A stretch of 64,000 nucleotides of DNA from Hyphomonadaceae bacterium (GTDB lineage Bacteria > Pseudomonadota > Alphaproteobacteria > Caulobacterales > Aquidulcibacteraceae). Below the pieces are notes generated by a model. It was not told the DNA's origin. It made no database searches and saw only the letters and a list, made by a program, of their open reading frames with translations. Below, piece by piece: positions 1 through 8,972 of the stretch. The stretch covers positions 9,972 through 73,971 of the forward strand of contig JANRIR010000073.1 of assembly GCA_033764725.1 (NCBI GenBank), given 5' to 3'. The stretch's first letter is position 1. Each line of letters begins with the position of its first letter. The position numbers and the translations under genes were made by a program.

Positions 1-792
1 GGCGTCCGCCAGATATTCGCGCCGTCGCGACAAGGAAAAGCGGATGACGATCGCCAGCGCATAGGCGATCGCGATCAGGGCGAGCGCGACAAGGATGGCC
101 AGCCCTGCACCCCCGCCGCCGCCCCCGCCGGACGCGGATCGCCGCCGCGAGCCGCCGCCGCTTGAAATCCCGCCGCGCGTCAGCCCGCGAAAGCTGATCT
201 CGGCGACGAAGGAAAAGATGCCGACGAAAATCACCGCGATCACCAGAAGCCGCACGTCGCGGTTGCGGATATGCGTCAGCTCGTGGGCGAGCACGGCTTC
301 GAGTTCCGCATCGTTCAGCGTATCCATCAGCCCGCGCGTGACGGTTATGGAATATTGCCCCTCATGCAGCCCTGTGGCGAAGGCGTTCAGCGCCGGTGTC
401 TCCATCACGCGCAGCGCCGGCATCGTCAGGCCGCGCGAAATGCAGAGGTTTTCGAGCAGATTGTAGACGCGCGGATTGGCGGCGCGCGCGAGCGGACGCG
501 CGCCGGTCGCTGCGTCGATCATGATTTGATAAAACGCATACGCGATGGCGAACCAAAGGCCGGCGCCGATCAGCGCATACGGCCAGGCGCGCGCGAGCGC
601 ATCGGCCGCCCACAGGAACGGCCCGCTCATGTCGCCCGGCGCAAGGCCCGGAAAGGTCTCGCCCGACAGGCCCGCATAAAGCAGGAACAAACCGTACGTG
701 ACGAGCATCAGCAAAATCGGAAACCCGAGCAGCAACAGCCCGGATCGCCAATTGTTGGCCCAGATGTGCGTTTGCAGCCCGTAGGCGCCCAT
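1..792 (-). CDS. M48-family zinc metallopeptidase (HtpX-like); C-terminus lies beyond the left edge
   Basis: Absent from the ORF track because it has no stop inside the window. Hand translation of the minus strand from the ATG at 792-790 gives MGAYGLQTHIWANNW..., with hydrophobic helices and an HELTH (HExxH) zinc motif around nt 271-285. It sits directly downstream of lemA, the usual LemA/M48 pairing. Confidence 0.75.
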   Translation of the reverse strand, partial: MGAYGLQTHIWANNWRSGLLLLGFPILLMLVTYGLFLLYAGLSGETFPGLAPGDMSGPFLWAADALARAWPYALIGAGLWFAIAYAFYQIMIDAATGARPLARAANPRVYNLLENLCISRGLTMPALRVMETPALNAFATGLHEGQYSITVTRGLMDTLNDAELEAVLAHELTHIRNRDVRLLVIAVIFVGIFSFVAEISFRGLTRGGISSGGGSRRRSASGGGGGGGAGLAILVALALIAIAYALAIVIRFSLSRRREYLADA

Positions 793-821
793 GGGGCCCG
801 ATCCTCAGGTGACGGCGCCCC

Positions 822-1394
822 TCAGGAGAAGCTGACCTTGGGGGCCTCCTCCAGCCTGCCGCGCTCTTCGCCCAGATCGAAGAAGTCGCGCTTGGCGAAG
901 CCGAACGGCCCGGCGATGAGTACGGCGGGGAATTGCTCGATGGCGGTGTTGAATTCGTTCACCGCATTGTTGAAGAAGCGCCGCGCGGCGGCGATCTTGT
1001 TTTCGATGTCGGACAATTCCGCCTGCAATTGCTGGAAGTTGGTGTTGGCCTTGAGGTCCGGATAGGCTTCCGCGATGGCGATCAGGCGGCCGAGCGCTGC
1101 GGTCAGCACGCTTTCGGCTTGCGCCATCGCGGCGGGGTTCTTGGAGCCTTCGGCGCTGACCGCGGCGGCGCGCGCTTGCGTCACCGCCTCCAGCGTGCCG
1201 CGCTCATGGCCGGCGTAGCCCTTCACGGTCTCGACAAGGTTCGGGATCAGATCGTGCCGCTGCTTGAGCTGGACGTCGATATCGCCGAACGCCTGGTTGG
1301 TGTTCTGCCGCAGCGCGACGAGCCGGTTGTAGATGAGGATCAACGCCAGCGCGAGAACCACGCCGATGATCAGGATGATCCAACCGATGCCCAT
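822..1394 (-). CDS. lemA: LemA family protein
   Basis: 190-aa ORF with an N-terminal TM helix (IILIIGVVLALALILIY) followed by NRLV..R......DVQLKRR.DLIPNLVETVKGYA.HE, the LemA signature as I know it. Confidence 0.9.
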   Translation of the reverse strand: MGIGWIILIIGVVLALALILIYNRLVALRQNTNQAFGDIDVQLKQRHDLIPNLVETVKGYAGHERGTLEAVTQARAAAVSAEGSKNPAAMAQAESVLTAALGRLIAIAEAYPDLKANTNFQQLQAELSDIENKIAAARRFFNNAVNEFNTAIEQFPAVLIAGPFGFAKRDFFDLGEERGRLEEAPKVSFS

Positions 1395-1448
1395 GGAGGC
1401 TCCTCTCGTTCGCTGCAGGCGGCCTATAGCCCAAATCGGGACGCGACG

Positions 1449-3695
1449 CTAACCGCCCAGCGCGTCATGGAAGCGGCCCGAGCGCGAAAAGCCGCGCGGC
1501 GCCATGCGGCCAGAGGAGGCGCGCTTGCCGCGGAACTCCTTCCAATCGGGCACTGCGCGTTGGCGACCCGCTGAATCCACCCAGAACAGGCCGGCCGCCT
1601 TGTCGAACACCGCCACGTCCGCCAGCCCGCCGGTCTGGTAGGATTGCAGCTTGACGCCCCGCCCGCGCGGCATTTCCGGCAATTCGGAAAGATCAAAGAT
1701 GAGCAATTTGCGGTTCTCGCCGATCACCGCGAGCTGATCGCCCTCCAGCGCGGCGACCGCGCGCGTCGGCGCCGTCATCACCTGCTTGCCCGCCTTGCGC
1801 GCCGAGAGCATGTCCTCCTCCGGCGCGATGAAGCCATAGCCGTCGAGGCTGGCCATGACGCGCTTGGCGCCGGGCGTGTGTGCGAACAGCGCAACGATCT
1901 CGTGATCTTCGTCGAGGTCGATCATCAGCCTGATCGGTTCGCCCGCGCCGCGGCCGCCGGGCAGCTTGTGGGCATCAAGCGTAAACGCGCGACCGTCGGA
2001 CGCGATGGCGATGATCTTGTCGGTGGTCTGGGCGTGGAACACGAAGGCGGGGCCGTCGCCCTCCTTGAACTTGGTGCTTTCCAGATCGGTCACATGCCCC
2101 TTGAGCGTGCGCACCCAGCCCTTCTCCGAGAGAACGACCGTCACCGGCTCGCGCACGATGAAGGCCTCGACGCTGATCTCTGCGGATTGCTCATCCACCG
2201 CGCCGAAGGTCGCGCGGCGGCGGCCGAGCTTCGTCTCCGGCGCGAACAATTTGCGCGTCTCTTTCAGTTCGCCGGCGATGCGGCGCCATTGCTTCTTGGC
2301 GTCCGCCAGCAGCGCCAGGAGATCTTTCTGCTCTTCGCGAAGCTTTTCATCCTCGCGGCGCAGCTCCATCTCCTCCAGCTTGCGCAACTGGCGCAGGCGG
2401 GTGTTGAGGATGGCCTCGGCCTGCACATCGCTCAAGGTGAAGCGCTGGATCAGCACCGGCTTGGGCTCATCCTCGGTGCGGATGATGCGGATCACCTCGT
2501 CGAGGTTGAGGAAAACGATCAGCAGGCCGGCGAGGATTTCCAGGCGCGCAGCGATCTTCTCCAGGCGATGCTCGGAGCGGCGGCGCAGCACGTCGCGGCG
2601 ATGGTCGAGAAACGCCTGCAGCGCTTCGCCCAGACCCATGACGCGCGGCACGCCGGCGGCGTCGAGCACGTTGAGGTTCAGCGGAATGCGCACTTCGAGA
2701 TCGGACAGCTTGAACAGGCTCTCCATCAGAACCGCCGGCTCGACATTGCGCGATTTCGGCTCGATCACGAGGCGGATGGTTTCGGCGCTTTCGTCGCGCA
2801 CATCGCCCAGAAGCGGCGATTTCTTCGTTTCGATAAGCGCGGCGAGCTCGGCCTCGAGCTTGTTCTTCTGCACCATGTAGGGAATTTCGGTGACGATGAT
2901 GCGCCATTGGCCGCGGCCGAGATCCTCAACCTCCCAGCGCGCGCGCAGGCGAAACCCGCCGCGCCCGGCAGCGTAGGCCTCGCGGATGTTCTCTTTCGGC
3001 TCCACGACGATGCCGCCGGTCGGGAAATCGGGGCCGGGAACGATCTCGATCAGCTCATCGATCGTCGCCTTCGGCTTGTCGATCAGCAGGAGGCACGCAT
3101 CGATGAGCTCGGCGGCGTTGTGCGGCGGGATCGACGTCGCCATGCCGACCGCGATGCCGGATGCGCCGTTGGCCAACAGATTGGGAAACGCCGCCGGCAG
3201 CACCACGGGCTCCTCGTCGGAGCCGTCATAATTGTCGCGGAAATCGACGGCGTTCTCGTCGATGCCTTCGAGAAGCGCTTCGGCCGCCTTGGTCAGGCGG
3301 CTTTCGGTGTAGCGCATCGCGGCGGGGTTATCGCCGTCGATATTGCCGAAATTGCCTTGCCCATCGACGAGCGGATAGCGCGAGGAAAAATCCTGCGCGA
3401 GGCGGACAAGCGCGTCATAGATCGCCTGGTCGCCATGCGGGTGGAACGTGCCCATCACGTCGCCGACCACTTTGGCGCTCTTCTTGAACGCCGCGTCGGG
3501 CGTCAGGCGCAGGCGGCTCATCGCATAGAGCACGCGCCGGTGTACCGGCTTCAGCCCGTCGCGCACGTCCGGCAGCGCGCGCGCCGTGATGGTGGAGAGC
3601 GCATAGGCGAGATAGCGGCGCGACAGCGCTTCGCCGATGGGTTCCTCGATGGTGCGTCCGCCCTCCGGCGGCGTGAGCGTGAGATCGTCGGCCAT
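1449..3695 (-). CDS. parC: DNA topoisomerase IV subunit A
   Basis: 748-aa ORF. The N-terminus ..[32 protein letters not shown].. and the FHPHGD motif are typical of GyrA/ParC. The size and the lack of a GyrA box fit alphaproteobacterial ParC. Confidence 0.9.
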   Translation of the reverse strand: MADDLTLTPPEGGRTIEEPIGEALSRRYLAYALSTITARALPDVRDGLKPVHRRVLYAMSRLRLTPDAAFKKSAKVVGDVMGTFHPHGDQAIYDALVRLAQDFSSRYPLVDGQGNFGNIDGDNPAAMRYTESRLTKAAEALLEGIDENAVDFRDNYDGSDEEPVVLPAAFPNLLANGASGIAVGMATSIPPHNAAELIDACLLLIDKPKATIDELIEIVPGPDFPTGGIVVEPKENIREAYAAGRGGFRLRARWEVEDLGRGQWRIIVTEIPYMVQKNKLEAELAALIETKKSPLLGDVRDESAETIRLVIEPKSRNVEPAVLMESLFKLSDLEVRIPLNLNVLDAAGVPRVMGLGEALQAFLDHRRDVLRRRSEHRLEKIAARLEILAGLLIVFLNLDEVIRIIRTEDEPKPVLIQRFTLSDVQAEAILNTRLRQLRKLEEMELRREDEKLREEQKDLLALLADAKKQWRRIAGELKETRKLFAPETKLGRRRATFGAVDEQSAEISVEAFIVREPVTVVLSEKGWVRTLKGHVTDLESTKFKEGDGPAFVFHAQTTDKIIAIASDGRAFTLDAHKLPGGRGAGEPIRLMIDLDEDHEIVALFAHTPGAKRVMASLDGYGFIAPEEDMLSARKAGKQVMTAPTRAVAALEGDQLAVIGENRKLLIFDLSELPEMPRGRGVKLQSYQTGGLADVAVFDKAAGLFWVDSAGRQRAVPDWKEFRGKRASSGRMAPRGFSRSGRFHDALGG

Positions 3696-3722
3696 TCTAG
3701 CGTCCTTCGCTGCGGGGCTTAC

Positions 3723-4451
3723 TCAGAGTCGCCCCGCAAAGCCTAATCGCTCGATCAGGCGCCGGCGTGCGTCGGGCAGGCCTTCGCCGCGCTGGTCGAA
3801 CACCCGCCGCTCCAGGAAATAACCCGCCAGCGCCAGCGCGTCGGCGACGTCGCCTTCGGCGATCTCGGCCTGCGCATCGCGCAAGAATGGCGGCAAGCGC
3901 AGCAGCTTGTCGGCGAAGGGCGCGCCGGCCGCGGCGCTCGCCGCCCGCCCGGTGCGCGGACTGACCCAGGCGAGGTCGTCGGTCTCGCCGGTGAGCGCGC
4001 AGGCGCTCAGATCGAGGCCGTAGCCGATCTCCGCCAGGAGCCCGATCTCGAAACGGGCATAGAGCGCGGGCCACAGCTCCGCCTCCGGCAGCGTCTGGAT
4101 CACGACATGCAGCGCGTCGAACAGGCCGGGATAGGCTTGGCGCTCCGGCGCGCAGGTGCGCACCAGCGCGATGGCGGTGGACAATCCCGCCAGCGCCGTC
4201 GGGTCGGCGAGCGCCTTGCCGGCATAGGGCTCGATCAGTTCAAGCGGTGAGAAGAAGCCGAGCTGTTCGCTCAGCCGCGCCTTCCAGCCCGCCCGCACGA
4301 GATTGCCCGCCTGAAGCGCCGGGGCCGCGCGGCGCCCGCCATGCACGACGCCGCCATAGCGGCCGTGTTCGCGCGAAAACAGATCGGCGACGAGCTTGCC
4401 CTCGCCGAACGGCCGCGCGCCGAGCACGATCGCGTCGTCAGTCCAGTCCAT
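3723..4451 (-). CDS. recO: DNA repair protein RecO
   Basis: The conserved part starts at MDWTDDAIVLGARPFGE (Met 93 of the 334-aa ORF 3723..4727). The upstream extension is Arg/Ala-rich junk. Position downstream of era is classical. Confidence 0.85.
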   Translation of the reverse strand: MDWTDDAIVLGARPFGEGKLVADLFSREHGRYGGVVHGGRRAAPALQAGNLVRAGWKARLSEQLGFFSPLELIEPYAGKALADPTALAGLSTAIALVRTCAPERQAYPGLFDALHVVIQTLPEAELWPALYARFEIGLLAEIGYGLDLSACALTGETDDLAWVSPRTGRAASAAAGAPFADKLLRLPPFLRDAQAEIAEGDVADALALAGYFLERRVFDQRGEGLPDARRRLIERLGFAGRL

Positions 4452-4974
4452 CGGCGCGGTCCCTCGCCGCATAAGCCGCGCGCAGCCTCCGCCCGCCCGG
4501 CTCGCCGCGCATGACGCAGGCGGGGCAGCCGCAGGGCGCGCGTTCATGCGCATCTGGGCGATGGCGCCAGCCGACGACGCCGCGCAACGGATAGATCGCC
4601 ATGATCGCGCTGGCCGGCACGGGAGCGTCGAGCAGCACCTCCCAGCCGCGCGGATCGGGGCGCGCCGCAATGTCCGCGATGGCGGCGCTGGCGCGCGCCT
4701 CGGTCCACACCTCATTGTAGCGCGCATAACGCACGATCTGTGCGTCGGGCACGCGCAGACGCACGCCGATCAAGGGTTCGCGGCGCCATTTCAGCACTTC
4801 GCGCGTCCACTGGTGCGTCAGCGTATGGCTCGGCAGAACTGGAAACGCGTAGATCCCCGCGCTGTCGTGCGCGCCGGGAAACAAGGCGCGCCCAGGCCGC
4901 AAACCGACGCGCCGGATCGTCTTCTCCAGACGCGCCGGCGCGATATGGACGAACATCGCCATCAGCTGTCCCAA
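4438..4974 (-). CDS. hypothetical protein wedged between era and recO (C-terminal CGCPAC motif)
   Basis: 178-aa ORF with protein-like composition (..IYAFPVLPSHTLTHQWTREVLKWRREPLIGVRLRVPDAQIVRYARYNEVW..). Its stop overlaps the recO ATG by 14 nt and its candidate starts (4974, 4962, 4956) abut the era stop. I recognise no family. Confidence 0.5.
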   Translation of the reverse strand: MGQLMAMFVHIAPARLEKTIRRVGLRPGRALFPGAHDSAGIYAFPVLPSHTLTHQWTREVLKWRREPLIGVRLRVPDAQIVRYARYNEVWTEARASAAIADIAARPDPRGWEVLLDAPVPASAIMAIYPLRGVVGWRHRPDAHERAPCGCPACVMRGEPGGRRLRAAYAARDRADGLD

Positions 4975-5879
4975 TCAAGCCCGATGGCGGAGAAGCGCGC
5001 GCGCTCCTCGCTCCAGTTTTCTTTCACCTTGACGTGAAGGAACAAATGGATCGGGCGCTCGAACAGCGCCTCCATCTCCTTGCGCGCGGCCTGGCCGATC
5101 GCCTTCACCGTCTGGCCGTTTTCGCCGATGGCGATTTTGCGCTGGCTGTCGCGCGCGACATAGATCGTCTGTTCGATGCGCGCCGAACCATCCTTGCGCT
5201 CCTGCCAGGTTTCGGTCTCGACGGTTGCTTCGTAGGGCACCTCGTCGTGCAGACGCAGCATGAGCTTTTCGCGCGTGATTTCGGCAGCCATCAGCCGCGA
5301 CGGCGCATCGGCGAGCTGGTCTTCGGGGAACAGCCACGGGCCCTTGGGCGCAAGGCCTGCGAGATGGTTTGCGAGATCGTCCACGCCGTCGCCGGAGAGC
5401 GCGCTGATCATGAACACGCCATCATAGGCGCCTGAATCGACAAGCCGCCTGGTCGCCGCCAACAGATCCTCGCGCGCCATCGCATCGATCTTGTTCAGCG
5501 CGAGAATGGCCTTCTTTCCGTGCTGCAGCAAATAATCGGTGATGCGCGCAACGTCCTCCTGCGCGTCGCCGCCCTCGCGGCGCACGAACGCGGCGGCGTC
5601 GACCAGATGGATGATCGCATCGGCGCCGTCGAGCGCCATCCAGGCGGAGCGCACCATGGCGCGGTCGAGCCGCCGGCGCGGCGCGAACACGCCCGGGGTG
5701 TCGATCAGCACCAATTGCGCTTCGCCGACGAGCGCCACGCCGCGCAAGGGAAAGCGCGTCGTCTGCACTTTGTGGGTGACGATCGACACCTTCTTGCCGA
5801 CGAGCCGGTTCACCAGCGTCGACTTGCCCGCATTCGGGGCGCCGAGAATGGCGACGACGGCGCAAGACCGCTCAGACAT
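4962..5879 (-). CDS. era: GTPase Era
   Basis: MSERSCAVVAILGAPNAGKSTLVN (G1), DTPG (G3), NKID (G4) and a KH-type C-terminus. The start is Met 52 of ORF 4962..6032 and overlaps the rnc stop. Confidence 0.93.
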   Translation of the reverse strand: MSERSCAVVAILGAPNAGKSTLVNRLVGKKVSIVTHKVQTTRFPLRGVALVGEAQLVLIDTPGVFAPRRRLDRAMVRSAWMALDGADAIIHLVDAAAFVRREGGDAQEDVARITDYLLQHGKKAILALNKIDAMAREDLLAATRRLVDSGAYDGVFMISALSGDGVDDLANHLAGLAPKGPWLFPEDQLADAPSRLMAAEITREKLMLRLHDEVPYEATVETETWQERKDGSARIEQTIYVARDSQRKIAIGENGQTVKAIGQAARKEMEALFERPIHLFLHVKVKENWSEERARFSAIGLDWDS

Positions 5880-6579
5880 CGAGACCCGCCTGACGCAACA
5901 ACGCCAACGCCGCGCTGCGTTCGGCGTCGCGCTTCGAGGAACCCTCCGCGCGCACGGGCTCGAGCCCTTCCACCGACGCCTCGACCACGAAGCGCGGGGC
6001 GTGATCTGGACCCTCGCGCGCAACGACCTCATAGCGCGGTTCGCTGCGTTTGCGCGCCGCCGCCCATTCCTGCAGCAGATTCTTCGGCGACCCCGGCGGG
6101 CGCGCGGCGGCGTCGAATTCCTCCGCCCAGTAGCGCTTGATGAACGCCTCGGCGGCGTCCAGCCCGCCTTCGAGATAGAGCGCGCCGATCACCGACTCGC
6201 ACACGTCCGACAGGATCGTCTCCGCCAGCGGCGTCGGCGCATCGCGCCGGCCGCGTGCGGCGATCACCGCTTCGCCCAAGCCCGCCCGCCGCGCCGCGCG
6301 CGCGCAGGCGTCGCGATCGACCAGCGCATTATAGCGCGCCGCCAGCTTGCCTTCCGCCTCGTCGGGATTCTGCGTGAACACCGCATGCGCCATCACCAGG
6401 CCGAGGACGCGGTCGCCCAGAAATTCCAGACGCTCATAGGTTTGCACCGTGCGGCCATCGCCGGCGGCGCTCGCATGGGTCAAGGCTTGCTGCAGCAGCG
6501 CCGGGTCGCGAAAGCGCCACCCGATGCGCGCGCTCAGCGCGTCGAAGCGCGCGATATCCGCGTCGGGTCCCGCGTTCAT
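5872..6579 (-). CDS. rnc: ribonuclease III
   Basis: Contains the ERLEFLGDRVLGLV signature and a dsRBD-like C-terminus. The start MNAGPDADIARFDAL (residue 18 of ORF 5872..6630) makes an ATGA overlap with the lepB stop. Confidence 0.92.
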   Translation of the reverse strand: MNAGPDADIARFDALSARIGWRFRDPALLQQALTHASAAGDGRTVQTYERLEFLGDRVLGLVMAHAVFTQNPDEAEGKLAARYNALVDRDACARAARRAGLGEAVIAARGRRDAPTPLAETILSDVCESVIGALYLEGGLDAAEAFIKRYWAEEFDAAARPPGSPKNLLQEWAAARKRSEPRYEVVAREGPDHAPRFVVEASVEGLEPVRAEGSSKRDAERSAALALLRQAGLDV

Positions 6580-7337
6580 TCCACCGGCTTCAGGAAGCGG
6601 TCGCCGCGAAAGCCGGTGACCAGCGTCCACGGCCGGAAAATGGATGTCGTGGAATCGAACGAGGCGAACGTGAATTGCGCCGGCCCGACGAGATTGTCGT
6701 TGGGCACGAAGCCGACGACATAGGTGCGGCTGTCCTGCGAATTGTCGCGGTCGTCGCCCATCATGAAGTAATGCCCTTCGGGCACTTCATAGACGCGGGT
6801 GTTGTCCCAATCGCCATCGGGCTGACGATCGAACGTGACATAGCTCACGCCGTTCGGCAGCGTCTCGCGATAGGCCTGCACCTCGATCGGCCCGCGCATG
6901 GGATCGTCGAACGGCGTCAGCCCCAGCGCTTCGCGCGTCACCGCCTCGCCATTGATGTGCAGCACGCCGTCGATCATCTGGATGCGGTCGCCCGGCAGGC
7001 CGATCAGCCGCTTGACGAAATCGCGATTGGGTTCCGGCTCGGGACGGAACACGACGACGTCGCCGCGTTCTGGCGGCGTCGCGAGAATGCGGCCGTGCGG
7101 CAAAAGACGCTCCAGCGGCGCGAAGGAATAGCGCCCGTAGCCGTACGTCCATTTGGTCACGACGATGTAGTCGCCGACCTCCAAGGTCGGCTGCATGGAG
7201 CCCGATGGAATGCGGAAAGGCTGCGCGATGGTGAAGCGGATCAGCATCGCCAAGGCGAGCGCGTAGAGGATCGTCCGTAGGTTTTCCCACAGGGCGTCGA
7301 GGGCGCTGGGCGCGGAGGTGCTGGACGTCATGGTCAT
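6576..7337 (-). CDS. lepB: signal peptidase I
   Basis: Contains PFRIPSGSMQPTL (catalytic Ser box), GDRI, and GDNRDNSQDSR-like (GDDRDNSQDSR) boxes. The start is taken at MTMTSSTS (residue 29 of ORF 6576..7421). Confidence 0.9.
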   Translation of the reverse strand: MTMTSSTSAPSALDALWENLRTILYALALAMLIRFTIAQPFRIPSGSMQPTLEVGDYIVVTKWTYGYGRYSFAPLERLLPHGRILATPPERGDVVVFRPEPEPNRDFVKRLIGLPGDRIQMIDGVLHINGEAVTREALGLTPFDDPMRGPIEVQAYRETLPNGVSYVTFDRQPDGDWDNTRVYEVPEGHYFMMGDDRDNSQDSRTYVVGFVPNDNLVGPAQFTFASFDSTTSIFRPWTLVTGFRGDRFLKPVE

Positions 7338-7482
7338 GCGCTTCTCGCACGCACGCTCCCGGACGCCCCCCGGGCGCGCCCGCAGCGGCGACTGTGTCCA
7401 TTCGTTTGGGCGAGCGCGCACGCTCCCGTCAAGCGGGGTGCGGCGGCCGGGCGCGGGCGGCGGCGGAATGCTGCGCAGGCGG

Positions 7483-7923
7483 TCATGGCGTGCGGACGCT
7501 CCCGGCCGCGGATGCGACGCTGGGCGCTGGGGTAGCCGAAATGATCACGAATCCCTGCGCCAGCGGCGGCTCGTCGCTGAGGCTGACATGGATGACGGCC
7601 GTGAAGCCGGGCGGCGTAATCGCGGCGAGACGCGCGGCGGCGCCGCCGGTCAGCGCCATGGTGGGCTGGCCGCCGCGCAGATTGATCACGCCCATGTCGC
7701 GCCAGAACACGCCGGCGCGCATGCCGGTGCCGAGCGCCTTGGCGCACGCCTCCTTCGCCGCGAAGCGCTTGGCGTAGGTGGCGGCGGCCTGCTCGGGGCG
7801 GCGTTCGGCGCGGGCGCGCTCGATGTCGGTGTAGACGCGCGCGACGAAGCGGTCGCCGAAGCGCGCCAGCGTCTGCTCGATGCGCCGGATGTCGCACAGG
7901 TCCGATCCCACGCCGAGGATCAT
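7483..7923 (-). CDS. acpS: holo-[acyl-carrier-protein] synthase
   Basis: [16 protein letters not shown]... and ..[14 protein letters not shown].. are canonical AcpS motifs. It carries a longer than usual Ala/Pro tail. Confidence 0.9.
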   Translation of the reverse strand: MILGVGSDLCDIRRIEQTLARFGDRFVARVYTDIERARAERRPEQAAATYAKRFAAKEACAKALGTGMRAGVFWRDMGVINLRGGQPTMALTGGAAARLAAITPPGFTAVIHVSLSDEPPLAQGFVIISATPAPSVASAAGSVRTP

Positions 7924-7930
7924 TGCGCCC

Positions 7931-8710
7931 TCATGCGGGCAGGCCCCGGGCGGCGCGCATGCGCCGGCGCATGTCGCGGACGGCCTCGTCCAGCCCGATG
8001 AAGATCGCCTCGCCGACCAGAAAATGCCCGATATTCAGCTCCTTGAGCTCCGGAATGGCGGCGACCGCCGCGACCGTGTCGAAGGTGATTCCGTGGCCGG
8101 CATGGGGCTCCAGGCCGCGCCTGTGGGCCTCCGCGGCGGCCCGGCGCAGCGCCTCGAGCGCGCGCTCGGCGCCAGCTGAGTCCCCTGCCGCAAAGGCGTC
8201 GCAATATGCGCCGGTGTGCAACTCCACGACCGGCGCGCCGAGCGCCTCGGCCACGGCGATCTGCACCGGGTTGGGATCGATGAACAGCGACACGCGGATG
8301 CCCGCCTCGCGCAGGCGCCGCACATAGGGGGCCACGGTCTGGTGCTGCACGGCGACGTCGAGCCCGCCCTCGGTGGTGCGCTCGTCGCGCCGTTCGGGCA
8401 CCAGGCAGCAGGCCCGCGGCCGGGTTTCGAGCGCGAGGTTCAGCATTTCCTCAGTGCACGCCATCTCCAGATTGATCGGCAAGGTGATGGCGTTTGCGAG
8501 GCGGGCGAGGTCCTCCTCGCGGACATGGCGGCGATCCTCGCGGACATGCAGCGTGATGCCGTCGGCCCCGGCGGCGGCGGCTGCGCGTGCGGCGCGCACC
8601 GGGTCGGGATGGGCGCCGCCGCGGGCGTTCCGGATCGTGGCGACGTGATCGATATTGACGCCGAGGCGCAAATCCTGGGCGGAGGCGGAACTGGACTCGA
8701 CGCTGGACAA
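7931..8710 (-). CDS. pdxJ: pyridoxine 5'-phosphate synthase
   Basis: [20 protein letters not shown]......[15 protein letters not shown] is the PdxJ signature. The ORF is 259 aa. Confidence 0.92.
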   Translation of the reverse strand: MSSVESSSASAQDLRLGVNIDHVATIRNARGGAHPDPVRAARAAAAAGADGITLHVREDRRHVREEDLARLANAITLPINLEMACTEEMLNLALETRPRACCLVPERRDERTTEGGLDVAVQHQTVAPYVRRLREAGIRVSLFIDPNPVQIAVAEALGAPVVELHTGAYCDAFAAGDSAGAERALEALRRAAAEAHRRGLEPHAGHGITFDTVAAVAAIPELKELNIGHFLVGEAIFIGLDEAVRDMRRRMRAARGLPA

Positions 8711-8833
8711 GGGCGGCTCTGCTCCCGGGCGCGGGCGTTGCGGCCGGCGTGGCCTTCAGTCGTAGCCCAGCCCGGCGGGCGCGTCACGGGAGCGCCGCAG
8801 AACGCGCCCCGTTTGCGGACGCCGCCGAGGGCC

Positions 8834-8918
8834 TGGTGCGGACGGCGGGAGTCGAACCCGCACGCCGTGAAGCGCTGGAACCTAAATCCAGTGCGTCTGC
8901 CAGTTCCGCCACGTCCGC
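8834..8918 (-). tRNA. tRNA-Leu, anticodon UAG, CCA encoded
   Basis: The minus strand reads GCGGACGTGGCGGAACTGGCAGACGCACTGGATTTAGGTTCCAGCGCTTCACGGCGTGCGGGTTCGACTCCCGCCGTCCGCACCA. It has a 7-bp acceptor stem, anticodon stem CTGGA/TCCAG with loop TTTAGGT, a long variable arm and a GGTTCGACTCC T-arm. Coordinates were cross-checked against the translation of ORF 8749..9456. Confidence 0.9.
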
Positions 8919-8972
8919 ATACGGCCCGGGAAGCTTAAAGCGGTTGCGGCGCGCGCCGCCAAGCCGGCAGGG

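Noticed and set aside
7340-7510. Three occurrences of CGCTCCCG-type octamers (CACGCTCCCGG, CACGCTCCCGT, GACGCTCCCGG) in the lepB-acpS spacer.
   Set aside because: They are short, GC-rich and irregularly spaced. I cannot distinguish them from chance in this base composition without a genome-wide count.
8711-8972. tRNA-Leu as a possible integration hotspot or genomic island boundary.
   Set aside because: There is no integrase, no direct repeat of the tRNA 3' end and no compositional shift nearby. Both flanks (pdxJ, dnaE) are core genes.
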